From the NCBI GenBank assembly GCA_030607875.1, contig JAUWJD010000009.1:29169-93168 (forward strand): a stretch of 64,000 nt of DNA, in the 5' to 3' direction. The position numbers and the translations under genes are program-made. This document shows, in pieces, positions 37,897 to 46,997 of the stretch (position 1 is the stretch's first letter; every line of letters begins with the position of its first letter). This DNA comes from Chloroflexota bacterium (lineage in GTDB: Bacteria; Chloroflexota; Anaerolineae; UBA2200). The notes below the pieces were generated by a model, which was not told where the DNA came from, made no database searches, and saw only the letters and a list, made by a program, of their open reading frames with translations.

Positions 37897-38652
37897 CTAA
37901 TGCATCGTAAAGCCGCCGTCTACGGCGTAGACTTGGCCGGTGATGTAATCGGCCTCGTCGGAGGCCAGGAAAACCACCAGCCCCGTCACGTCCGCGGGCT
38001 GTCCCAGACGCGCCAGAGGCACCTGATACCTGGTGTAGAACTCCAGGGCACTGGCCGGGAAGGTCTTTAAGGCCGTCTCTGTTTCGATGATGCCGGGAGC
38101 GATGGCGTTAACGGTAATACCCAAAGAAGCGACCTCCCGCGCTAACGCCTTGGTCAGGCCAATCACTCCAGCTTTAGCTGCTGAGTAGGCCACCAGGCCG
38201 ATTCCTCCCACTAGCCCGGCCACTGAGGCCACGTTGACGATGTGGCCTTTGCGCTGCTGGCGCATGACGGGCAACACCTCTTTGCAACAAAGAAAGACCC
38301 CTTTGAGATCCAGGGCCATGACCTGATCCCAGTCCTCCTCGCTGAGGGCGGTGAAAGGCTTCATAGGGAAACTGCCAGCGTTGTTGATCAGGATGTCCAG
38401 ACGTCCCAGGGCATCCATAGCCGCGGCCATCATCCGCTTTACATCCTCGCGGCAGACGACATCAGCTTGGAGGACCAGAGCGCGACGCCCCAGGGCTTCG
38501 ATTTCTCTCCCCGTCTCCGCTGCCGCTTGTGCACGACGGCGATAGGTGACCACCACGTCTGCCCCTTCCCGGGCCAGGGCCAGGGCGATGGCTTTGCCAA
38601 CCCCCCGGGAGCTGCCCGTGACCAGGGCCACTTTGTTCTCCAGCCTCATCAA
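37897..38652 (-). CDS. SDR-family oxidoreductase (FabG-like)
   Basis: Has TGSSRGVGKAIA (Rossmann fold), NNAG and the YSAAK catalytic motif, then ...PGIIETE. Confidence 0.85.
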   Translation of the reverse strand: MMRLENKVALVTGSSRGVGKAIALALAREGADVVVTYRRRAQAAAETGREIEALGRRALVLQADVVCREDVKRMMAAAMDALGRLDILINNAGSFPMKPFTALSEEDWDQVMALDLKGVFLCCKEVLPVMRQQRKGHIVNVASVAGLVGGIGLVAYSAAKAGVIGLTKALAREVASLGITVNAIAPGIIETETALKTFPASALEFYTRYQVPLARLGQPADVTGLVVFLASDEADYITGQVYAVDGGFTMH

Positions 38653-38900
38653 TGGTCCTCCTGGGTCTCGGTGACGATGCCCACCACATCACCCACCATC
38701 ACCTTGGATCCCGGAGGGGCGAGTATCTCCTTCAACACTCCGTTGACAGGGGCAGGCACGTAGAGGGTGATTTTCTCGGTCACTGCTTCCACCAGGTCTT
38801 TGCCTTTCTGCACCCTTTCGCCAGGGGACTTGAACCAGGCGGTGATGGTCAGCTCGTGAGATCCATCAACAGTGGAAGGAATTACTAGTTTGTGTTCCAT
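38649..38900 (-). CDS. stand-alone biotin/lipoyl-attachment domain protein (83 aa)
   Basis: Aligns along its whole length with an E2 lipoyl domain. A Lys sits at the modification position (VEAVTEKITLYVPAP against VEGDKASMEVPSP). The gene overlaps the SDR start by 4 nt. Confidence 0.7.
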   Translation of the reverse strand: MEHKLVIPSTVDGSHELTITAWFKSPGERVQKGKDLVEAVTEKITLYVPAPVNGVLKEILAPPGSKVMVGDVVGIVTETQEDH

Positions 38901-39562
38901 GTTAGCTCCTGCAGGCTTATCTTCTCAAACTCCAAAGCAAAGGTCTGTCCCAGGATATCGCGCAGGCGATCTCTGATCTCTGCCATTTCAACTCCCCGCC
39001 CCAGGGTTTCCCGCAAAGAAGTGACCGGCATGTGAGGCACACCGCAGGGATTGATCCAGGAGAAGGGCTCCAGGTCCAGATCAACGTTGATAGAGAACCC
39101 GTGAAAGGTAAAGCCGTGGCGCACAGCGATACCCACGGCGGCGATCTTTTTCCCTTCCAACCATACACCGGGGTAATCTTTCTTCTTCCCAGCCTCGATG
39201 CCGTAACCGTGCAAAAGCTGAAGCAGGATATCCTCCAAACGATGCAGGTACTGATTGGCATTGAGGTGAACGTCGCCCAGGTAAAGCAGGGGAGAGACGA
39301 TCAGTTGACCGGGGGCGTGGTAGGTCACGTCGCCGCCACGGTTGCCTCTCAGAACCTGGATGCCCAGGTGGGCCAGTCCCTCCCGCGAGGCGAGGATATT
39401 GGCTTCGCTCCCGCTTCTGCCAACGGTAAAGACGGCGTAGTTCTCCTGTAAGATAACCGTCGGCATCCACCGCCCCGCCATGTACGCTTCCAGGATCTGC
39501 TCCTGGATGGCAAAGGCAGGGGCGTACTCTATCAAGCCCAAATCGAGCCAGCAGACTCGCAT
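38885..39562 (-). CDS. lipB: lipoyl(octanoyl) transferase
   Basis: Starts at MRVCWLDLGLIEYAPAFAIQ, the LipB N-terminal signature, and contains the HAPGQLI and AVGIAVRHGFTFHGFSINV catalytic regions. Overlaps the lipoyl-domain gene by 16 nt. Confidence 0.75.
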   Translation of the reverse strand: MRVCWLDLGLIEYAPAFAIQEQILEAYMAGRWMPTVILQENYAVFTVGRSGSEANILASREGLAHLGIQVLRGNRGGDVTYHAPGQLIVSPLLYLGDVHLNANQYLHRLEDILLQLLHGYGIEAGKKKDYPGVWLEGKKIAAVGIAVRHGFTFHGFSINVDLDLEPFSWINPCGVPHMPVTSLRETLGRGVEMAEIRDRLRDILGQTFALEFEKISLQELTWNTN

Positions 39563-39613
39563 ACACTTTCTCAAGAACGCCGATAGGCAGGGTGGTTTGT
39601 TGAAGTAGATGCA

Positions 39614-39652
39614 GGCACCCCTGACCCCCACTGTGTGGCAGGTAGGGGTGCC
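39614..39652 (-). terminator. GC-rich hairpin between DUF362 and lipB, with no U-tract
   Basis: GGCACCCCT ... AGGGGTGCC forms a 9-bp stem with a 21-nt loop. Confidence 0.3.
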
Positions 39653-39672
39653 ATCTCTAGCCAGTTACGCAG

Positions 39673-40974
39673 CTACTTGTACAACGCTTGCAGATCGCCG
39701 TTGAGTTGGGCGAAGATGTAGACGGGTGCACAGCCGGGATACTCGGTCACCGATTTAGCCAGCTTCATAGCCTTCTCCACCTTGCCCTTGCTGGGGAAAT
39801 ACTTCCAGCAGTCGCCAGCAACGAAGAGGTGCTTCCCTTTGGCCATCTCTGGGTCGAAATCAGGGACGCCGCCAGCAATGATGACAATCTCCCCCACCTT
39901 GTCGATAAAGTCCTTGAGGTCAATGCCGCTGACGTTGAAACCATCGAGCGCCCCGCGTGTGTTGGCGAAGCAGCCGGGGCAAGTCTGCTGCACGATGACG
40001 TGGATGCCAGGGATCAGCCCGGTCGGGTCGATCATCGGACGCTTGAAGAAGGTGCGCACTTCGGCGATGGGGACGCCCACGATCTCGATCTTGTCAATGT
40101 CCCGCTCGCCCAGGCCCTCGGTGGCAGCGATGCGCACGGAAGGGATTTCGATGGTCTCAAAGCCCATCACGTAGGCGGTCACGGCGTCCACAGCCACGGT
40201 ATCGGTGCCAGCGATGAGCAGATTCATCTCCAGTGGCGTGCCAACATGCGGTCCCTGTCCCTCCATAGCGATGATGCCGTCAACGAGGGTCAGGTCCGCT
40301 TTTCTGATACGATACATGTCGGCAAATTTCTGCCCGAGGTCAATGCGGTGGATATCCTGCTGTTGCCCGCTGGGGTGCACGTTGGGGACGATTCCGTTCC
40401 AGTTCTTGAGTCCCAGGCTGACCGTGCCCGCCAGGTGCACTTTCATTTTGGGTAGATTGATGACCCGGTCGGCGTCGAGGAAAGGCTTGAAAACCTGGGC
40501 GTGTTTGAACAGCAAGGCCCCAGGGATATCCACCTCGACCAGTTCTTCCTCATCAAAGTAGATGACCCGGTCGGCACCGCCCCGCTCGGACGCTGCTTTC
40601 ATACCAGACGCCTCAAAAGCTGGCCGGGCTCGCCCTACCTGCTGCCCCAGAGAGGGATTGTCACCCACCCAGACCTCTTTAGCCTTGGATTTCTCCTTCA
40701 GGAAGGCAACCATGCCCTCGAGGACACGAGGTTCAGTCACAGTGTAGGACTCCGCCGGCGCCTGGAAGGCCAGGTTGGGCTTGATCAGCACCGTCTCGCC
40801 CTCTTTGACGATGTTGTCAATGCCGCCCACGGCCAGGTTGATGGCCTCCTCGATCTTGGCCTTGACCTGGGCGATGTCCTCATCGTAGCGCACGAATTTG
40901 CTCGTTGGGGGCAGGAACTCCTTGGTCCCCTTGAGGTGCCCCGTCTTGACGATCGCAACCTTTGGTTTTGCCAT
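39673..40974 (-). CDS. DUF362 domain protein
   Basis: Starts at MAKPKVAIVKTG with an AGGAGG RBS. Has the VLIKPNL motif typical of DUF362 and is about 433 aa. Confidence 0.65.
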   Translation of the reverse strand: MAKPKVAIVKTGHLKGTKEFLPPTSKFVRYDEDIAQVKAKIEEAINLAVGGIDNIVKEGETVLIKPNLAFQAPAESYTVTEPRVLEGMVAFLKEKSKAKEVWVGDNPSLGQQVGRARPAFEASGMKAASERGGADRVIYFDEEELVEVDIPGALLFKHAQVFKPFLDADRVINLPKMKVHLAGTVSLGLKNWNGIVPNVHPSGQQQDIHRIDLGQKFADMYRIRKADLTLVDGIIAMEGQGPHVGTPLEMNLLIAGTDTVAVDAVTAYVMGFETIEIPSVRIAATEGLGERDIDKIEIVGVPIAEVRTFFKRPMIDPTGLIPGIHVIVQQTCPGCFANTRGALDGFNVSGIDLKDFIDKVGEIVIIAGGVPDFDPEMAKGKHLFVAGDCWKYFPSKGKVEKAMKLAKSVTEYPGCAPVYIFAQLNGDLQALYK

Positions 40975-41847
40975 TTCTTTGCCTCCTGCAAAAAGTAGTA
41001 ATTTGACCTTCATGGCCGATGAGGTGTGGCTTTTAGCCATTCTTTTTGTTGCTTAATACCCCCTTTCTAGTATGAAATGTCTCGACTGAGCTCGACAACG
41101 TCTCAGCTACGGCAAACTGGACGATAGTCCCTGGTAAGGTCTGGAGATGAAGCTAGAGGGGGTGTTACCGTCCCCTCTGGCCAGGCAAAAAAACCTTTTC
41201 AGCCCTGCTCCTTCGCCTTGGGGAACTGGGCCAATACCAAATCGAAGAAGTAGGCACCGGCGATAGCACCTAGGATGGGCACACTACAGTAGTGCCCCAG
41301 AGCTCGTTGGGCGGCCCCAGTTCACGGGCGGCAGCTCCTTGGTTTACCCACGCCGCAATGCAACCAGCGGCTTTCTACGAATGTTTTCCTCTATGGATCA
41401 CCCACTCCCGTGCTGCAAGAGCCGATCCTCTTGGAAGCAGATTCCTACGAGGAGATCGCGTTATGCAGCCTGGGCCCATCAAAAGAAAAGACCTTCCAGC
41501 ACTCGAAGTGAAGAAAGGTCTACTCTTGTCCGCCGCAACCCTCCGTTGGGTAGCACAACTTTGAATATCGGCTAGAAAATGGGAACTGTTGCATCTTCCG
41601 TTATTTACATTCTAGCACAAAACTCTGATTTGTCAAGTACAGACTCGGTCCCAAAGTGTGTTGGTGGGTTTTCGTGGCAGGATTGACCACTGCTGGTAGT
41701 TGTGATGGGCGTTACTTGGGTACTATCCCTGGTACCACTCAACCGGTGCGTTGTCGATCAACACAATCTGGAACCGAGTCCAAGTACAAAGCTTCTGCAA
41801 TAGTTTTGGGCTTTCGCCACACTTCGGAAGAAGGAGCAGCTCTGCAT

Positions 41848-41876
41848 TTGATCTTCACTCCTTTTGCTCATATAAT
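41848..41876 (+). promoter_or_regulatory. candidate sigma-70 promoter (TTGATC-17-TATAAT)
   Basis: Near-consensus hexamers lie about 30 nt upstream of the AGGAAGGAG RBS and ATG of M42 paralogue 4. Confidence 0.45.
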
Positions 41877-41907
41877 TGCACCAGCGCTTATTAAGGAAGG
41901 AGAAGGC

Positions 41908-42978
41908 ATGGATTCAACGGAGAAGCTCTTCAAGGAACTGACCAAAGCCCCAGGCGTGCCTGGCTATGAAAGTGAGGTTCGGGCGGTCATCCGCCGCCAT
42001 CTAGAAGCGATAGCCACGATTGAGCGCGACCGGTTGGGCAGCATCATCGGCGTGAAGCGCGGCTCAGAGGATTCGCCGCGAGTGATGCTCGCCGCGCACA
42101 TGGACGAAGTCGGCTTTATGGTCAGCTTGATCACCGACGAGGGATTCATCCGCTTCGTCCCCTTGGGCGGCTGGTGGGACCAGGTCATGCTAGCCCAGCG
42201 TGTGGTGATCAAGACGTCTGCTGGCGACGTATTCGGGCTGCTGGGGGCCAAGCCCCCGCACCTGCTGGAACGGGAAGAGGCCCAGAAGTTGGTGAAGAAA
42301 AAGGACATGTACGTAGATATCGGAGCCACCAGCGCCGACGAAGTGAAGGCGTGCGGGGTGCGGCTGGGTGATCCGATCATTCCCATCTGTCCCTTTACCA
42401 GCTTGAGCCCCGGCCAGACCTACATGGCCAAAGCCTGGGACGATCGCCTGGGGTGCGCGCTCTTCATCCAGGCCATCGAGCGCCTGAAGGGCCAGGCACA
42501 CCCCAATGCGGTCTACGCCGTAGGCACCGTGCAGGAAGAAGTGGGTTGTCGGGGGGCCAAGACCAGCGTGCATAACATCAACCCAGACGTGGCGATCATT
42601 CTGGAAGTGGACATCGCTGGCGACGTCCCCGGCATCAAGCCTGAGGAATCAGCGATAAAGCTCGGCAAGGGGCCTAGCTTGTTGCTGTACGATGCGCGCA
42701 TGATTCCCAACCTTCGGCTGCGCGATTTGGTGATTTCCATAGCCGAGGAGAACGACATCCCGTTGCAGTTCTCGACCATGCGCGGCGGCGCGACAGATGG
42801 ATCAATGATCCACCTGCACAACGAGGGTGTCCCCACTGTGGTGCTCGGCGTCCCCACGCGGCACATTCACAGCCATGCCGGCATCCTGCACCGTGCCGAC
42901 TACGACCACGCGCTCGACCTGCTGGTTAAGCTGATCATGCGCCTGGACGAAGCTACAGTGCGACAGCTCACCGAGTAG
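41908..42978 (+). CDS. M42 family aminopeptidase, paralogue 4
   Basis: The ORF is 356 aa, begins MDSTEKLFKELTKAPGVPGYESEV and carries AAHMDEVG. Confidence 0.85.
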   Translation: MDSTEKLFKELTKAPGVPGYESEVRAVIRRHLEAIATIERDRLGSIIGVKRGSEDSPRVMLAAHMDEVGFMVSLITDEGFIRFVPLGGWWDQVMLAQRVVIKTSAGDVFGLLGAKPPHLLEREEAQKLVKKKDMYVDIGATSADEVKACGVRLGDPIIPICPFTSLSPGQTYMAKAWDDRLGCALFIQAIERLKGQAHPNAVYAVGTVQEEVGCRGAKTSVHNINPDVAIILEVDIAGDVPGIKPEESAIKLGKGPSLLLYDARMIPNLRLRDLVISIAEENDIPLQFSTMRGGATDGSMIHLHNEGVPTVVLGVPTRHIHSHAGILHRADYDHALDLLVKLIMRLDEATVRQLTE

Positions 42979-43112
42979 CCACGCTGCCAACTGTCCACTG
43001 AGATACCCGGTCTCTTGAAGAAATCGTGTATCTAGCGTGTCCATTCGCAGCAAGAGAGAAACCTAAAGCCCCTGGGGTTCCGGCTTGTTCTCTTCACCAC
43101 CCTACATGCTTT

Positions 43113-43562
43113 CTAGCTTCGGGTTCTGCCACGCTCCTGTGCACAGTGCGGACACAAGCCATAAAAGTCCAGATAGTGACCTGTGATCACAAAGCCAGTT
43201 ACGGACGCTGTCCGGGCCACAAGATCTTCACAGCAACCGTCCTGAATCTCCACAACATGACCACAGCGCACACAACGCACTTCACAGTGTACCCCGTCGG
43301 ACGCGGGGCGAACCGCCCCACGCCGGGCACGGCCACCTTTGCCAGGAGTTTCGGCCTCCATGTCGTCGATGAAACCCGCCTCCCGCAACAGGGTTATGGT
43401 ACGCTGAATCGTGGCCATAGTGATGTCTGGCACAACCTTGCGCACTTGTTCATGTACCCAGACTGCGTCTGGACGCGAATCGGCGCGTTTCAGCACGTCC
43501 AGAACCGCCTGGCGCTGCCGTGTCATGCGATACCTTTTACCGGCACATTCAAATACCTTCAT
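43113..43562 (-). CDS. Fur-family metalloregulator (Fur/Zur/PerR)
   Basis: Has an RMTRQRQAVLDVL DNA-binding helix and C-terminal CxxC...CxxC metal sites. Confidence 0.8.
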   Translation of the reverse strand: MKVFECAGKRYRMTRQRQAVLDVLKRADSRPDAVWVHEQVRKVVPDITMATIQRTITLLREAGFIDDMEAETPGKGGRARRGAVRPASDGVHCEVRCVRCGHVVEIQDGCCEDLVARTASVTGFVITGHYLDFYGLCPHCAQERGRTRS

Positions 43563-43814
43563 TCTCATCTCAATCTAGCGTCGCGATGTATGCGTCTATC
43601 ACTTCGCCGGTGAAGCAGAATGTTGCATCCTGCCTGCACCAGTCAAATGGTCAGCAGGTGCTCACCACACAGATCATTAACACAGCATACTACCGCCCGC
43701 CGCACGTTTCTTGACGGGTGCTTGACCTTTTGCGGACATGTTTCGTACAGACCGGGGGTCTATGACAGAAACAGCGCATCAGGCGATCCCATTTGTCGGG
43801 CCGATGGCAACGGG

Positions 43815-43914
43815 TTACAGAGTACTGCGCCGAAGGTTGCCAAACTCAGGCAGTCGTTTTCATGTGACAAGCGAGCCGTACGGGTTTAGCAATTGACGCA
43901 TGAAGCAGTAGAAT
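43815..43914 (+). promoter_or_regulatory. conserved ~100-nt upstream element, copy 2
   Basis: TTACAGAGTACTGCGCCGAAGGTTGCCAAACTC...GTTTAGCAATTGACGCATGAAGCAGTAGAAT lies about 38 nt before the GH38 start. Confidence 0.4.
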
Positions 43915-43952
43915 AGCCTCACAGTACGCCGACCTTGACCAGGAGGGGAAAC

Positions 43953-46900
43953 ATGGCCAGGACCTGTATCATTGTCTCACATACGCACTGGGATCGCGAA
44001 TGGTATCAGCCCTATCAGCTCTTTCGTCTGCGGTTGGTCCGTTTGATGGACAGACTCTTGCACATCCTGGACGAAAACCCCAATTATGCCCATTTTATGT
44101 TAGACGGACAAACCATCATTCTGGAAGATTACCTTCAGATTCGGCCAGAGCGAGAAGCAGCCTTGCGCCACTATGTGCACCAAGGACGACTGCAGATCGG
44201 CCCCTGGTATGTTTTGCCTGACGAGTTCCTGGTCAGCGGCGAGGCCATGGTGCGCAATCTGCTGTTCGGCGAGCGCATGGCGCGTGAGTTCGGGGCCAAA
44301 ATGATGGTCGGCTACACTCCAGATCCCTTTGGCCATATTTCACAACTGCCGCAGATCCTGCGCGGCTTTGGCATCGAGACTACAGCGTTGCGCCGTGGCC
44401 TGGATGACCAACCTGCAGAACTGCTTTGGCAGGCTCCCGACGGCAGCACCGTCCTGCTGTGCTATCTCCGCGATGGTTACGACAACGCGGCTCGCCTCCC
44501 CCTGCACGACGAGCAAGCCCTGGCAACCGAAATCGTGCGCCTGTACAACAGCCTGGCTCCTTATGCCGCGACGGACTATGTGCTGCTGATGAACGGCACC
44601 GATCACATGGAGCCTTCACCCGAGTCGCCACAAGCTCTGGCTGCGGCCAGCAGACGGCTGCCGGACATGCGACTGCTGCACGGCACCTTGCCTATGTACG
44701 TGAATGCGGTCAAAGAGAGCCTGCAATTGAGCCAGGGCCCGACTGCTACCACCGCACCAGGGATACTGCAAACCATTCAGGGCGAGCTACGCTCTCCGAA
44801 ACGACATCATCTGCTACCAGGTGTGTTATCCGCTCGTATGTGGATCAAGCAACGCAACAACCGCATCCAGAACCTGCTGGAGAAATGGACAGAGCCGTTT
44901 GCTGCCCTGGCTGCCCTGGAAGGCGCTGGAGCACATGGTCTCAGCAACCCTGACAGCGCCTTTGCCGCAGTCTGGCAAGCATGGACCTACCTGCTGCAAA
45001 ATCATCCTCACGATTCCATCTGTGGATGCAGCGCGGACCAGACACACCGCGAGATGGTCACCCGCTTTGACTGGGCCGAGCAGATTGCCGAGGAAATCAC
45101 GCAGCAGAGCCTGGCCTCCATCGCCAACCAGATCAACACGCAACCACAGAAGTCACAAACGCAAGCTGTGCGAGTTCCACTGGTCGTGTTCAATCCTCTG
45201 ACAGCTACGCGTAGTGACCTTGTGACTACCAGTACCCAGTTGCCGGGCAGCTTGGAAGAGTTTGTTGTGGCAGACGTGGCAGGGCAGATCAAGCCACACC
45301 AGGTTCTGGCGCGAAAAGGGGCCGAGTTCGCCACGCTGCAACTGGGTCGTGATGAGGTCCTGGGACTGGCCACGATGATAGAGATGATTTCAACGCTTGG
45401 ACTATCGGTGCAGGAGATACACATAACCAGCGAAGGAGAAGCTGCCACCATAGACGTGACCTTGGCGGAACACGGCCACACCGATCCAGCGCTCATCGCC
45501 GAGGCACAGCGCCAGATAGAGGCCATCCTGGCGGAAGACACGGTGCAGACCTTCCATGTGCGCGCCCACCAGGCAACGACGGTCGAATTCCTCTTTGTGG
45601 CTGAGGGCGTCCCAGGCTGTGGATACAAGACCTACTTCCTGGTCGAGAGACCCCAGCAGCCCACTCCGGGGGATGACTCTGTAGTGGCGACTTTAGTCGC
45701 TGATCCTGACTCAAGAACGACTCAAGTCGTCACTACAGGCCAGCAGGCAGTCCCGAAGGATGGCTCCGTAGTGGCGACCTTAGTCGCTGATCCTGACTCA
45801 AAAACGACCAATGGGCCTGAAAGCCTGCACATGGAGAACGAGTTCCTGGCCGTGGATATCCATCCACAAGACGGCACGCTCACAATTTTGGACAAGCAGA
45901 CCGGAGCGACCTTCTCCGGCCTGCATCGCTTCGTGGACGGCGGCGATCGGGGAGACGAGTACAACTACTGCCCGGCAGAAGGCGACGAAACCATCTCGGC
46001 ACCTGCTTCGCCACCGGAGATCACCTGGCTGGAGCAAGGGCCGGTGCGCTGGACAATCCAGGTTAGTCAGTGTTACCACTTACCTGCCTCCCTGATCAAA
46101 GACCGCTCTGGACGCAGCAAAGAGTTGGTCGAGGTGCCGCTCACCAGCCAGATCCACCTGGGCTTGGGCGTCCCAAGGCTTGACTTCCGCACGGAGGTTG
46201 ACAACCAGGCACGCGACCACCGACTGCGCGTACACTTTCCGACACCCGTACACGCCAAGTACTGCGAAGCCGAGAGCAGTTTCGACGTCGTGCAGCGCCC
46301 GCTCGGAGTACCTGACGATACTGCAGATTGGGTCGAGCAACCCGTCCCCACGCACCCACAGAAGAGCTTTGTAGACGTCAACGACGGCGCAATCGGCCTT
46401 TTGGTCATAAACCGGGGCCTCCCAGAATACGAGGTACTGCAAGAAAAGGATGGAAGCGCAACCGTCGCCCTGACGCTGTTGCGCTGCGTGGGCTGGCTGT
46501 CACGCGACGACTACCCCTGCCGCAAAGGGCATGCTGGCCCCGCCCTGGAAACCCCAGAGGCGCAGTGCCTGGGGCATCATGTCTTTGAGTATGCGCTGGT
46601 GCCTCACGCCGGAACATGGCAACATGCCTACCCAGAAGCACATGCTTTCAATGCCCCGCTGCGGGCAGTCGTCACCCAGCAGCACGACGGCAGCCTGCCA
46701 CTAACACAGAGCCTCATCTGCCTGCAAGGTGATGGGCTGGTACTGAGCGCCGTCAAAGCGGCGGAAGCGGGGGACGGCCTGATCGTGCGCTTCTACAACG
46801 TCAACAGTGAACTGTCTGTCGCGCACTTGCAGAGCCACACGCCCACGCAGTCAGCTACGCTGGTCAATCTAGCGGAGCAAGAACTGCAGCCATTGAGCAT

Positions 46901-46970
46901 GGATGGTTCAGGTTGGATCACTGTCGAGGTCCAAGGCAAGAAGATCGCCACTGTGAAGTTAACGTTCTAG
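43953..46970 (+). CDS. glycoside hydrolase family 38 alpha-mannosidase
   Basis: Begins ARTCIIVSHTHWDREW, the GH38 N-terminal catalytic signature, and includes the GYTPDPFGH Zn-site region. It is about 1005 aa with an AGGAGGGG RBS. Confidence 0.85.
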   Translation: MARTCIIVSHTHWDREWYQPYQLFRLRLVRLMDRLLHILDENPNYAHFMLDGQTIILEDYLQIRPEREAALRHYVHQGRLQIGPWYVLPDEFLVSGEAMVRNLLFGERMAREFGAKMMVGYTPDPFGHISQLPQILRGFGIETTALRRGLDDQPAELLWQAPDGSTVLLCYLRDGYDNAARLPLHDEQALATEIVRLYNSLAPYAATDYVLLMNGTDHMEPSPESPQALAAASRRLPDMRLLHGTLPMYVNAVKESLQLSQGPTATTAPGILQTIQGELRSPKRHHLLPGVLSARMWIKQRNNRIQNLLEKWTEPFAALAALEGAGAHGLSNPDSAFAAVWQAWTYLLQNHPHDSICGCSADQTHREMVTRFDWAEQIAEEITQQSLASIANQINTQPQKSQTQAVRVPLVVFNPLTATRSDLVTTSTQLPGSLEEFVVADVAGQIKPHQVLARKGAEFATLQLGRDEVLGLATMIEMISTLGLSVQEIHITSEGEAATIDVTLAEHGHTDPALIAEAQRQIEAILAEDTVQTFHVRAHQATTVEFLFVAEGVPGCGYKTYFLVERPQQPTPGDDSVVATLVADPDSRTTQVVTTGQQAVPKDGSVVATLVADPDSKTTNGPESLHMENEFLAVDIHPQDGTLTILDKQTGATFSGLHRFVDGGDRGDEYNYCPAEGDETISAPASPPEITWLEQGPVRWTIQVSQCYHLPASLIKDRSGRSKELVEVPLTSQIHLGLGVPRLDFRTEVDNQARDHRLRVHFPTPVHAKYCEAESSFDVVQRPLGVPDDTADWVEQPVPTHPQKSFVDVNDGAIGLLVINRGLPEYEVLQEKDGSATVALTLLRCVGWLSRDDYPCRKGHAGPALETPEAQCLGHHVFEYALVPHAGTWQHAYPEAHAFNAPLRAVVTQQHDGSLPLTQSLICLQGDGLVLSAVKAAEAGDGLIVRFYNVNSELSVAHLQSHTPTQSATLVNLAEQELQPLSMDGSGWITVEVQGKKIATVKLTF
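45677..45808. repeat. in-frame 87-bp tandem duplication (2 copies) with internal palindromic arms inside GH38
   Basis: CTCTGTAGTGGCGACTTTAGTCGCTGATCCTGACTCAAGAACGAC and CTCCGTAGTGGCGACCTTAGTCGCTGATCCTGACTCAAAAACGAC lie 87 nt apart. The inverted repeat CTGTAGTGGCGAC / GTCGTCACTACAG lies within the first copy. The encoded sequence is SVVATLVADPDS(R/K)TT twice. Confidence 0.6.
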
Positions 46971-46997
46971 GGCGTTGACAAACGGCAAGCAGACGCT

